DNA from: Salinispira sp.
GTDB taxonomy: Bacteria; Spirochaetota; Spirochaetia; DSM-27196; Salinispiraceae
Direction of reading: 5' to 3'
Assembly: GCA_965602015.1 (NCBI GenBank)
Contig: OZ271918.1
Location: forward strand, 224,001-288,000
DNA: 64,000 nt
The translations under genes and the position numbers were made by a program. The notes under the pieces were generated by a model. The model searched no databases, was not told where the DNA came from, and saw nothing but the letters and a program-made list of their open reading frames with translations. This document shows, one piece after another, positions 48,198 to 57,125 of this stretch. Numbering within the stretch: position 1 is the first letter of the stretch; each line of letters starts with the position of its first letter.

Positions 48198-48622
48198 TGT
48201 GCGCTCCTGTGATTGGTTGTGCCATGAAATTCGGGATTGCATCCCTTTTCGGCGGCGGGCAAAGCCTTGGTATACCGCGACTATATAAAGCGGATAAACT
48301 CCGCGGTTTCCGGCGTTCTCTTGCGAGTTTTCGGATTGCTAAGGGTATACCTTTTTATTGGGCTTTCATCGGTGAAAAATCCGAAAAGAATCTGCGCTGA
48401 GACTCCTGCGAAACGACGCTCGCCGCTGTTCCCCGCTAATAAGCAGGGGATCTCTGTTTTTTACCGCAACGCGGTTATTAACTGAAAAATGGCCAAGCGG
48501 GAAAAAACCGGATATTGCCGGTATGAACACTTCCCTTTTTAATGTGAAAACGGAAAAACCTGGGTAGCTGTATCTTTTTGCCGAGTTCCTCCTTTTCCTA
48601 TGGGAAATTTAAAGTATTTTAA

Positions 48623-48651
48623 AGAATATCCGCGCCAATTTTCTTTGTCAA
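48623..48651 (-). promoter_or_regulatory. Sigma70-type promoter upstream of the DbpA-domain gene
   Basis: TTGACA-N17-TATTCT on the minus strand, about 420 nt before the start codon. Confidence 0.55.
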
Positions 48652-48678
48652 GAATGAGGCTTTTTCACCGATACCGTA

Positions 48679-49935
48679 GTGGGGAGTAACAGAATGATCA
48701 AGACCCGCAGTTCACATAATGCCGCCGGGGGCTTTTTCCGAATGAGCCTTCTGGCCGGCCTGCTCATTTTCGCATTTCACCGGGAAGCGCTTACGCAGAC
48801 CCTTCAATTCAGATTTCGCGAAGGCGACCGCTACAGGATCCTGTCAGAAATACAGCAGGACGTATACGTGAACGAGCAGTATCAATACTCTGCCGAGCTG
48901 CTCAACCGCATACAGGTGGAAGTTACCGAGGCTCGGGACGGCCGCGGATTTCAACAGGTTTTTTATCAGCACTCGGTGGAAGGCCGAACCGGCGGAGTCG
49001 ACGCATATCAGCTCGACAGGGAATACAGCGCTGAGTTCTGGCGGGATTCCCAGGGCCGCTACGAAATTGATCCCGGGTATTTTGTGCCCACGGTGCGGGA
49101 CGTGCCGATATTCCCCGACCGGGAACTGTCGCCCGGTGAAAGCTGGTCGGATTACGGGTACGAAGTTCATGATTTACGGGACGGATTCGGTATCCAAGAC
49201 GTGTTCCGTTTCCCGATGCCGGTTACCTATCGCTATGTCGGTCCGGTAATGCGCGAGGGAATTGAATTGCAGCATATCGTAATCGAATATAATGTGTATC
49301 ATCGCAAGGATGTTCCCGCCGGTTTTTTTCAGTACCCCTACCTCATTACCGGCATGTCTCGCCAGAACTACTACTTCGACTCTCTGCTTGGACGACCCCA
49401 TTCCTATGACGAGGTATATGACATAATGCTTCATGTCAGCGATGGAACAACCGTGCGCTACACCGGCAGTGCGAGGGCGGTGGTTATTGAAAGCCAGGAC
49501 CTTGACCGAAATGCCCTGCTCGGCGAGCTCGAAGATGCCCTGGATGAGCTGGGTGTGGAAGACAGTGTTGTCACCCAGGATGAACGGGGAGTCACCATAT
49601 CCCTTGAAAACATCCAGTTCCAAGCCGACTCTGCCCGGCTGCTGCCGGGAGAGCTGGACAAGATAGAAAAAATCGCCGGAATCCTGCTTCAGTATCCCGA
49701 CCGGGACATCCTCGTAAGCGGTCATACGGCGCTTGCGGGCACCGCTGCCGGGCGTCAGAGACTCAGCGAGGACAGGGCCCGGGCGGTGGTGGATTATCTG
49801 CTTTCCCTCGGTGTCAGGGAGAGGGCAAACATCATGTATCAGGGATTCGGCGCCGAACTGCCAGTAGCCCCCAATACCAGTCCCGAGGGTATGAGGCGGA
49901 ACCGCCGGGTAGAGATCACTATTCTCGAGAATTAG
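48679..49935 (+). CDS. OmpA-family protein with C-terminal peptidoglycan-binding domain
   Basis: NIQF..DSA.L, SGHT, LSEDRA..V..YL, RNRRVEI; N-terminal signal/TM. Confidence 0.88.
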   Translation: MGSNRMIKTRSSHNAAGGFFRMSLLAGLLIFAFHREALTQTLQFRFREGDRYRILSEIQQDVYVNEQYQYSAELLNRIQVEVTEARDGRGFQQVFYQHSVEGRTGGVDAYQLDREYSAEFWRDSQGRYEIDPGYFVPTVRDVPIFPDRELSPGESWSDYGYEVHDLRDGFGIQDVFRFPMPVTYRYVGPVMREGIELQHIVIEYNVYHRKDVPAGFFQYPYLITGMSRQNYYFDSLLGRPHSYDEVYDIMLHVSDGTTVRYTGSARAVVIESQDLDRNALLGELEDALDELGVEDSVVTQDERGVTISLENIQFQADSARLLPGELDKIEKIAGILLQYPDRDILVSGHTALAGTAAGRQRLSEDRARAVVDYLLSLGVRERANIMYQGFGAELPVAPNTSPEGMRRNRRVEITILEN

Positions 49936-50065
49936 ACAGCAACAAGCTTCCAGGCACTCGGATTGTAATAATTCTGTTAAAATACCCGGACACTTGGGGC
50001 AAAATACCAGCTTAAAACTTGACAAATCAGATTGAGAAGGTTAACTATAACTACAGGAGGACCAC

Positions 50066-50989
50066 ATGGCTGTTTACTCGAGTATTACCGAACTCATCGG
50101 CAATACCCCCATGCTCCGGCTGAATGGCTCTAATGACGGCGGCGCAGAAGTTCTTGTAAAACTGGAAAGCTTTAACCCGCTGTCCAGCGTCAAGGACCGA
50201 ATCGGTCTGGCGATGATCCGGGCCGCGGAGGCCGATGGCAAATTGCAGCCGGGCGCGCCGATTGTCGAGGCGACGAGCGGAAACACGGGAATCGCTCTGG
50301 CTTTCGTGGGAGCAGCTACCGGACATCGGGTCATCCTCACAATGCCGGACACCATGAGCATCGAGCGACGGCGTCTGTTAAAAGCCTTCGGGGCAGAGCT
50401 GGTGCTCACGGCGGGTTCCGAGGGAATGTCCGGGGCGGTGAATAAGGCCCAGGAAATCCTCAAAGAGAATCCCGGTTCGTTTATGACCAGGCAGTTCGAG
50501 AATCCCGCGAATCCCGATGTGCATCGGGAAACAACCGCTGAAGAAATCTGGAAGGATTGCGAAGGAAGGATAGATGCATTTGTTGCCGGGGTTGGCACAG
50601 GAGGTACCGTCACCGGAGCCGGAGGCCGTCTGAAGGAACTCAATCCCGACCTGCATCTTGTCGCAGTTGAGCCGGCGGAGAGCCCCGTGCTTTCTGGCGG
50701 GAATCCGGGGCCCCACCGCATACAGGGAATCGGCGCGGGATTCGTGCCCGCGGTAATGAAAAAAGACCTCATCGACGAGGTGATACGGGTCAGCTCGGAG
50801 CAGGCCGGCGCCCAGAGCCGGCGGCTCGCCTCCGGCGAAGGATTGATGGCGGGGATATCGGCAGGGGCGAACGTCTTTGCCGCACTCGAGCTGTCGCGCC
50901 GTCCGGAATTTTCCGGCAAACGCATCGTAACGGTCATCTGCGACAGCGGTGAACGCTATCTGAGTACCTGGTTATACGACGAACATTAG
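50066..50989 (+). CDS. cysK: Cysteine synthase A
   Basis: KLESFNPLSSVKDRI, EATSGNTG, GVGTGGT, IQGIGAGF, DSGERYLS. Confidence 0.95.
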   Translation: MAVYSSITELIGNTPMLRLNGSNDGGAEVLVKLESFNPLSSVKDRIGLAMIRAAEADGKLQPGAPIVEATSGNTGIALAFVGAATGHRVILTMPDTMSIERRRLLKAFGAELVLTAGSEGMSGAVNKAQEILKENPGSFMTRQFENPANPDVHRETTAEEIWKDCEGRIDAFVAGVGTGGTVTGAGGRLKELNPDLHLVAVEPAESPVLSGGNPGPHRIQGIGAGFVPAVMKKDLIDEVIRVSSEQAGAQSRRLASGEGLMAGISAGANVFAALELSRRPEFSGKRIVTVICDSGERYLSTWLYDEH

Positions 50990-51024
50990 CAGCTCCGGGG
51001 CAGCCCCGGCAAAAGGAGAACAGC

Positions 51025-52323
51025 ATGAGTTATCAGTTTGAAACCCGGGCCCTTCACGAAGGGCAGGAAATATCCGAAGCAGCCCCCTCGAGGGGTGTCC
51101 CGCTCCACCGAACTGCGGCATACATGTTCAGGGACAGCGAACACGCGGCGAATCTCTTCGGCCTCAAGGAGCTCGGATACATTTACACCCGTCTGATGAA
51201 TCCGACCACTGATGTTCTGGAAAAACGGGTTGCCAGCCTGGAGGGGGGGGCAGCGGCTCTTGCGGTTGCTTCCGGGACCTCTGCGATATTCTATTCCATA
51301 ATAAATATCGCCGTCGCCGGAGATGAAATCGTTTCCTCCCGCAATCTGTACGGTGGCACATTTACCATGTTTAACGACATCCTGCCCCAGTACGGTATCA
51401 CCGTTCGCTTCGTCGATCCGATGAATGTCGACGAGGTGCGCTCGGCGATAAACGGCAAAACGAGGGCGCTGTTTATCGAAACCATCGATAACCCCACCCT
51501 AAAGGTTCCGGATTTCCCGGCCCTTTCAGATGCTGCCCACCAGGCACGGATTCCGTTAATCGTCGACAATACCTTCGGAACACCCTACTTGTTCCGGCCC
51601 ATCGAACATGGCGCTGACATCGTCGTTCAGAGCCTAACCAAATGGATGGGCGGGCACGGTACGGGAATCGGCGGTATCGTGGTGGATTCGGGTAAATTTG
51701 ACTGGACCGATCCTAAATTCGTTACCATGAACGAACCCGACTCATCCTACCACGGCCTTCGCTATGCCCATGATCTTGGCGACCTTAATCCGGTGGGCTA
51801 CATCATGCGAATGCGTCTGGTTCCCTTGAGGAACCTCGGCGCGGCGTTGAGTCCCGACAACGCATGGATGTTTCTCCAGGGGTTGGAAACTCTGCCGCTG
51901 CGGATGGAGCGGCACAGCGAAAATGCTCAAAAGATCGCCGAATATCTTGCACAGCGGCCGGAAGTTGAATGGGTTTCATATCCCGGGCTGCCTGCCGCGA
52001 AAAATGCCGCCGGAGAAGGCAGCAGTAAAAACGCCGAAAAGTATTTTACCAGAGGCGCAGGCGGGATGATCGTGTTCGGAATTCGCGGCGGACGCAGCTC
52101 CGGTGAAAAGTTTATTAACGCCTTGCAGCTGTTCAGCCTTCTGGCGAACGTTGGCGATGCCAAGAGCCTGGCGATTCACCCGGCAAGCACCACCCACAGC
52201 CAGATGTCGCCGGAGCAGCACAAAAGCTCGGGAATCGGTGAAGAGCTCATCCGGCTCTCAGTCGGAATAGAGCACATCGACGATCTAATAGAAGACCTCT
52301 CCCGGGCATTCTCCTCTCTGTGA
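51025..52323 (+). CDS. metY: O-acetylhomoserine sulfhydrylase
   Basis: IYTRLMNPT, LYGGT, VDNTF, SLTKWMGGHG (PLP lysine), LANVGDAKSL.IHPASTTH. Confidence 0.9.
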   Translation: MSYQFETRALHEGQEISEAAPSRGVPLHRTAAYMFRDSEHAANLFGLKELGYIYTRLMNPTTDVLEKRVASLEGGAAALAVASGTSAIFYSIINIAVAGDEIVSSRNLYGGTFTMFNDILPQYGITVRFVDPMNVDEVRSAINGKTRALFIETIDNPTLKVPDFPALSDAAHQARIPLIVDNTFGTPYLFRPIEHGADIVVQSLTKWMGGHGTGIGGIVVDSGKFDWTDPKFVTMNEPDSSYHGLRYAHDLGDLNPVGYIMRMRLVPLRNLGAALSPDNAWMFLQGLETLPLRMERHSENAQKIAEYLAQRPEVEWVSYPGLPAAKNAAGEGSSKNAEKYFTRGAGGMIVFGIRGGRSSGEKFINALQLFSLLANVGDAKSLAIHPASTTHSQMSPEQHKSSGIGEELIRLSVGIEHIDDLIEDLSRAFSSL

Positions 52324-52345
52324 ATCAAAGACCAGGGTTCCGGGC

Positions 52346-53908
52346 GTGGAAATGCCCGGGACCCTGGCTTACACTGGTACTGTGGATAGCCGCAGTGAAC
52401 TACAGCTCGAAGCCCTCATCAGGGCGCTGCCTCAGATTGTAGTATATCTCGATAATTCCGGAACGGTTATACGCCACAACGCGAATCTCTGCGAGATTCT
52501 TACACCCGGCGTTGAAGACATAAGCGGCGAGGCAGTCATCGACTACCTGCACCCCTGGAGCGAAAGCGATGCCCGGGAGCTCGCCCGTTTATTGGCGTTT
52601 CCGCTCCGGGAAGACGAGGATGTCCGGGTCGAGTATGCGGTTTCCCTCAAGACCAGCTGGTCTAGCCGGGGAATTTTCCGAGCAGAACTGCGCCGGTCGC
52701 CCGCATGGGATGACGGCCAGACTCCTTCGTACCTGCTTATCCTGGAAGACGTGACGAGCCTCAGGCAAATGGAGGAAGAGTACCGGAGGGTCCAGAGAAT
52801 ACAGGGACTGCTTCCTCTGATCAGGGGCTTCGGCGCGGATTATAAAGAACGGCTGACGGTGATGTACGGGAATGTGGATTTCGCCCTGGAGCTTATCAAG
52901 GACGATTCCCGCCCCGAAAGCGAGCGGCTGAGGGAAATCAGAGACAGCCTGAGTTCAATTATCAAAAATCTCGAACGAAGCAATGGCAGATTGGATAATA
53001 TTCTCTGGATGACCGACGGCGGCCGACGCAACATCGGCGAGTTTTCCCTCTCCGATGCGGTGAGGGAGGTTGGCGAACAGTCGATACTCGGAAGTAATAA
53101 AAGCCTCGACATCATAATGGGGAACCCCCTGCCTCCATTCCACGGAGATTATGAAAAAATCCTGCAGATGCTCCAGAACATTATGATAAATGCGGTACAG
53201 GCGGGAAACGAAGCCTACCAGGTGTCGGTGAGCGTCGAGTCAGTAACTCGGGCCGACGGAGAATACGCCATGATCAGCATCGCCGACCACGGGGACGGTA
53301 TGAGCCTGGATCTGATGGCCAGGGCTGAACAGCCATTCTTTACAACGAAGGACCAAGCCGATGGCCTGGGCCTGTTTATCGCAAAAAATATCGCCCTGGA
53401 ACACGGCGGCTCTATCGAAATCCAGAGCACTTCCGGAAAAGGAACAACGGTACATATGTATCTACCATTTCATCGGCATCAGCAGAAGTCTAGAGTCCAA
53501 CGACAAATACCCGATGGACTAAAAATCCTCATACTTGACGATAACCCTGATATCCAGGACATCTGGGAACGGCTTTTGTACCAGCTCGGCATACAGGGGA
53601 GTTTTGTCACCAGTCCCTCCCACGCCTACGACAGTTTTGAGCGTGCATCTCAGTCGGATTATCCCTTTCACATGGTTATTCTCGAGGACAGTCAACATCA
53701 CATTCCCGGGGTCTTTCAGCTTCTCAGAAGGATGAAAAAGCTCGCGCCGGATTTGATCGCAATTTATACTTCCAGCCACAGCCCAAGCTTTACTGTCGAT
53801 GAGCTTGTAGCAAAAGGATTCTCAGCGTATCTGCGCAAACCATTCAGGCTAATTGATTTCCAAAATGCTTTGATAAAGGCTTTGTACAAGGGCGGGGGGG
53901 GCGACTGA
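52346..53908 (+). CDS. PAS-like/HisKA-like/HATPase/REC hybrid with degenerate phospho-sites
   Basis: HATPase boxes (NIMINA, DHGDG, PFFTTK, GLGL, GKGT) are intact; the H-box reads GFGADYKE; REC ends in KPF. Confidence 0.8.
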   Translation: MEMPGTLAYTGTVDSRSELQLEALIRALPQIVVYLDNSGTVIRHNANLCEILTPGVEDISGEAVIDYLHPWSESDARELARLLAFPLREDEDVRVEYAVSLKTSWSSRGIFRAELRRSPAWDDGQTPSYLLILEDVTSLRQMEEEYRRVQRIQGLLPLIRGFGADYKERLTVMYGNVDFALELIKDDSRPESERLREIRDSLSSIIKNLERSNGRLDNILWMTDGGRRNIGEFSLSDAVREVGEQSILGSNKSLDIIMGNPLPPFHGDYEKILQMLQNIMINAVQAGNEAYQVSVSVESVTRADGEYAMISIADHGDGMSLDLMARAEQPFFTTKDQADGLGLFIAKNIALEHGGSIEIQSTSGKGTTVHMYLPFHRHQQKSRVQRQIPDGLKILILDDNPDIQDIWERLLYQLGIQGSFVTSPSHAYDSFERASQSDYPFHMVILEDSQHHIPGVFQLLRRMKKLAPDLIAIYTSSHSPSFTVDELVAKGFSAYLRKPFRLIDFQNALIKALYKGGGGD

Positions 53909-53913
53909 TATCT

Positions 53914-54057
53914 GTGCCCCCAAAACAGCTGATTTTATGACCGTAAAACAAGGTGTGAGAATGATGTACACGATTTTTGGCGATGAGCGAAATGAACGGC
54001 AGCTAATTCCTGTCCCGAAAAATGATTAGTCGGTTTAAATCAGCTGTTTTCGGGGCA
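53914..54057. repeat. MITE/REP-like element with terminal inverted repeats; right tip interrupted by IS copy 2
   Basis: gtgcccccaaaacagctgattt (53914-53935) and aaatcagctgttttcggggca (54037-54057). Confidence 0.82.
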
Positions 54058-54079
54058 TATCTGAAAGCGGTGCCTCCCC

Positions 54080-54249
54080 GCAAGAGTTTTCATTGTTCTA
54101 TTACAAAAATTCTGCAAATCGGTTTTGTCCGAGTCATATCTCCGCCATCCACGTGGCATGAAAATGTCCTTCCAGGGGTGTCGCAATCACTTTGCACAGC
54201 CTCGTATTCGCGCTGTAGCCCCAAAAACGCGCTTACCCCTGTCTGGACA
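54080..54249 (-). ncRNA. Putative bridge/seek RNA of IS copy 2 (ends approximate)
   Basis: Same guide-like segments as copy 1; one visible substitution, outside the guides. Confidence 0.72.
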
Positions 54250-55285
54250 AACCCGCTAATGCAGGATCTTTGTAATGCTGTTCTTTCTGCAATATCCAAA
54301 ATATTGCTTCTGCTAAGTGCCGTGCCACGGCGATTATTGCAACCTTATGATTACGTTTAGTACGAACTCTCTTGTAGAGTTTTACCGTATGTCGGTTCGC
54401 CCAATTTCTTTGATTAAGACAGGTTACATTAGCTGCTTCAGTAAGTGCCCACTTCAAGTATCGATTACATGCTTTCGATGTTCGACCATAATGAGTTTTA
54501 CCTCCGCTCGAGTGAACGCGCGGCGTTGTACCACAGTATGATGCAAAATGTTCAGCGGTCTTAAAGCGATGTATGTCTCCAATTTCATGCACAATGACTG
54601 CGCTGAGAATAAATCCGATCCCGGGAATGTATTTCACCAACTTCATTTCAGCATTTTCATCAAACGCTTCATGCATTCGTTGTTCGCAGTCGGTGATAGA
54701 TTGCTTAATAAACGCGAGATTATCGAGCTTGAGTTTCATCATGGTGCGGGTATGCTCGGGGAGTTTTGGCATTACCTTCTTCATGGCTTCTGTACCTGCT
54801 TTTCCGAACAGATCGCTCACATCATTGAATCGAAACCCATATTTCTCGAACCCGGCATGAATTTGGTTCTTTTCACGTATCAACTCCTGAACGAACTGCA
54901 TCCGGGTTCGATAGAGTTCTCGTTTATCACGCAATTCTCCTGGTGGAATCCACACAGTAGGCAGTGTGCCTGCTTTTTGAAGTTTATTGAGACCTTCAGC
55001 ATCGAGTTTGTCAGTTTTGTTAAACATGGCCATCATCAATTTTGACTTACCGGCATGTACCAGCAAGGGGTTCATGCCGGCCTCCTCAATCTCATCCACA
55101 ATCCAGTACCAACTTCCGATTGTTTCAAGTGCGACTTCCTGTCCCGGCTCAAATTGTTGGAGAAAATCACGAATACACCCGTGAGAATGTTCTATGCGCT
55201 GTGAGGATTTCCTTCCTTTTTCGTCCTCAATTGCAGCCACGGTATACCGTTTATGGCTGTCGAGGGATATAATAATACTACTCAT
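54233..55285 (-). CDS. IS110-family DEDD recombinase/transposase
   Basis: Identical to the copy 1 protein except S219Y (KSIPG to KYIPG). Confidence 0.96.
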   Translation of the reverse strand: MSSIIISLDSHKRYTVAAIEDEKGRKSSQRIEHSHGCIRDFLQQFEPGQEVALETIGSWYWIVDEIEEAGMNPLLVHAGKSKLMMAMFNKTDKLDAEGLNKLQKAGTLPTVWIPPGELRDKRELYRTRMQFVQELIREKNQIHAGFEKYGFRFNDVSDLFGKAGTEAMKKVMPKLPEHTRTMMKLKLDNLAFIKQSITDCEQRMHEAFDENAEMKLVKYIPGIGFILSAVIVHEIGDIHRFKTAEHFASYCGTTPRVHSSGGKTHYGRTSKACNRYLKWALTEAANVTCLNQRNWANRHTVKLYKRVRTKRNHKVAIIAVARHLAEAIFWILQKEQHYKDPALAGLSRQG

Positions 55286-55367
55286 TTGGTTGTCCTCCTC
55301 CGGTATTTAATATAGACCCTGACTGGCAGGATCTCGGGGGAGGCACCGCTTTCATACCATCACTATG

Positions 55368-55877
55368 TTATTTATCCTCAAGATATTTGCGAACGTCGCT
55401 TTCCGTAGCGTTTAAGGGCCCGGAAGTGAGCATGGGAGGCGATTTGATGGATTCGGCGCTCATCATTGCGGCTATCCGCTGAAGCGCGGATATTAAGTGC
55501 ATTTTTTCCCACTCTTGGAGGGCTTCGAACTCCTCGGTAAAGTCTTCCTGCAGAAGATTCGGTGCGGCGTTGAGTATGGCAAGGGCATCTTCTGAAAGCA
55601 CAATGCTCACCTTACGCTTGTCCTCGCTACTGCGCACCCTCTGTACCATCTGCTGTTTTTCCAGGCGGTCGAGAATGCTGGTTACCGTCGCCTGGCTGAG
55701 GCTGATTTTTTTTGAAACTTCGCCGATGGTTTTGCTACTGTCCTTGTGTAGCTCTTTTAGCACCAGAAGTTGCGGTCCCGTGAGTCCGTACCGCTTCGCC
55801 AGGTCTCGGGAATGCAGGTCTATTGCGCGGATTATTTGCCTGAGGGTAGTCAATATGAGTTCGCTGTAATTTTCCAC
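55368..55877 (-). CDS. MarR-family regulator, EctR-like
   Basis: LRQIIRAIDLHS, GLTGPQL, SLSQATVTSILDRLE, R..EDKR; divergent from an osmolyte transporter. Confidence 0.88.
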   Translation of the reverse strand: MENYSELILTTLRQIIRAIDLHSRDLAKRYGLTGPQLLVLKELHKDSSKTIGEVSKKISLSQATVTSILDRLEKQQMVQRVRSSEDKRKVSIVLSEDALAILNAAPNLLQEDFTEEFEALQEWEKMHLISALQRIAAMMSAESIKSPPMLTSGPLNATESDVRKYLEDK

Positions 55878-56100
55878 CTATCGCCTCTTACCAGACTATA
55901 ATCATACAGCGCGTCAGCTGTCTACCGTTTGGATTATGTGAGCCCGCGGCGTTACAATGTTTTGCGGCCGTTGATCATACTTACAGATTTTTAGAGCCAT
56001 AATCGTAAGGCCGCTAAATTATTATTTTTCGAAATTCGGAAAAATATCGGGATATTTCCCGTATTAAGCCATGATTACTCCTGGTTTCTCGCTACCTACC

Positions 56101-56137
56101 TTGAATTTCCTTGTAAAAATATTTAGATTACTAATAA
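56101..56137 (+). promoter_or_regulatory. Promoter of the ProU-type operon with an overlapping candidate MarR/EctR operator
   Basis: TTGAAT-N17-TAGATT; pseudopalindrome TATTTAGA-TT-ACTAATAA at 56120-56137. Confidence 0.5.
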
Positions 56138-56164
56138 TTGATTACAAAAATCTTAGGAGAATTT

Positions 56165-57115
56165 ATGAAAAAGTCAGTGTTTACTGTACTGAGCTCTGTC
56201 GTGCTTCTGACAGTATTTCTATTATCATCGTGCCAGCCTGCTGATGATACCGAAACCCTCGTCTTTGGTGATCTTTCCTGGAATAGTGTCCAGGTTCATA
56301 ATAGGATCGCCTCTTTTATTATTGAGAACGGTATCGGCGGTTATGAAATAGAGTACGTGGCAGCGGACACTCTGGTGACCATCAACGGAATCATTCAGGG
56401 AGATATCGACGTAGATATGGAATCCTGGCACTCGAACTTCCCCGAAGTATATGCAGAAGGTGTGGAATCTGGCTCACTGGTGGATCTGGGCAAAAACATG
56501 CCCGATGCTCCCCAGGGCTGGTGGGTTCCCCGCTATCTGATCGAGGGTGATGACGCTCTTGCGCCGACCCTCCGTTCAGTCGCGGACCTGCCCCGCTATG
56601 CCGAACTGTTCACCGACCCGGAGGATCCCTCCAAGGGCATCGTATATATGGGTACCGCCGGCTGGTCGGCCACAACCATTTCCGAAGATATTTTTGCGGA
56701 GTACGAGCTCGACGATTATTTTAATCAGGGCGTTCCCGGCTCGGGAGCCGCATTGGCCGCCACCATGGTAGGGGCATATGAGCAGGGCGAACCCTGGGTC
56801 GGATATTACTGGGCGCCCACCGCTGTTCTCGGCCGGCTTGATATGGTGCGACTTGAAGGTTCTGAATTCGATCCTGCCGATGTAAATATCATCGTTAACG
56901 ATTCGGTTCTCGAGCGGGCTCCCGACGTCGTGGAATTCCTGCGGGAATACAGCACCAGTGTTGACGACAACAACGAGTTCCTCGCCGTTATGGAAGAAAA
57001 CGAATGGGATGCCGAGCAGACCGCCATCTGGTTCCTTGAGAACAAGGAAGATGTGTGGACCGCTTGGGTTTCCGACGAGGTCGCCGACCGGGTCCGCAGC
57101 GCACTTAACTCATAA
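56165..57115 (+). CDS. proX: Glycine betaine/proline ABC transporter substrate-binding lipoprotein
   Basis: Lipobox LSSC, WNS, DVDMESW, QGWWVP, GYYWAPT; operon context. Confidence 0.82.
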   Translation: MKKSVFTVLSSVVLLTVFLLSSCQPADDTETLVFGDLSWNSVQVHNRIASFIIENGIGGYEIEYVAADTLVTINGIIQGDIDVDMESWHSNFPEVYAEGVESGSLVDLGKNMPDAPQGWWVPRYLIEGDDALAPTLRSVADLPRYAELFTDPEDPSKGIVYMGTAGWSATTISEDIFAEYELDDYFNQGVPGSGAALAATMVGAYEQGEPWVGYYWAPTAVLGRLDMVRLEGSEFDPADVNIIVNDSVLERAPDVVEFLREYSTSVDDNNEFLAVMEENEWDAEQTAIWFLENKEDVWTAWVSDEVADRVRSALNS

Positions 57116-57125
57116 GGCGCGGACA

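Larger units (their letters stand above)
54058..55362 (-). mobile_element. IS110-family, IS1111-type insertion sequence, copy 2 (1305 bp)
   Basis: Near-identical reverse complement of 12969-14273; inverted repeats at 54062-54079 and 55337-55354. Confidence 0.92.

Noticed and set aside
48198..48622. Intergenic region as SRP RNA, RNase P RNA, tmRNA or tRNA
   Set aside because: None of their conserved signature sequences is visible; no tRNA or rRNA was recognised anywhere in the window.
50074..50937. Long antisense ORFs (for example opposite cysK, trkA, ompA and the diguanylate cyclase)
   Set aside because: Shadow frames of well-supported GC-rich genes, with no motifs.
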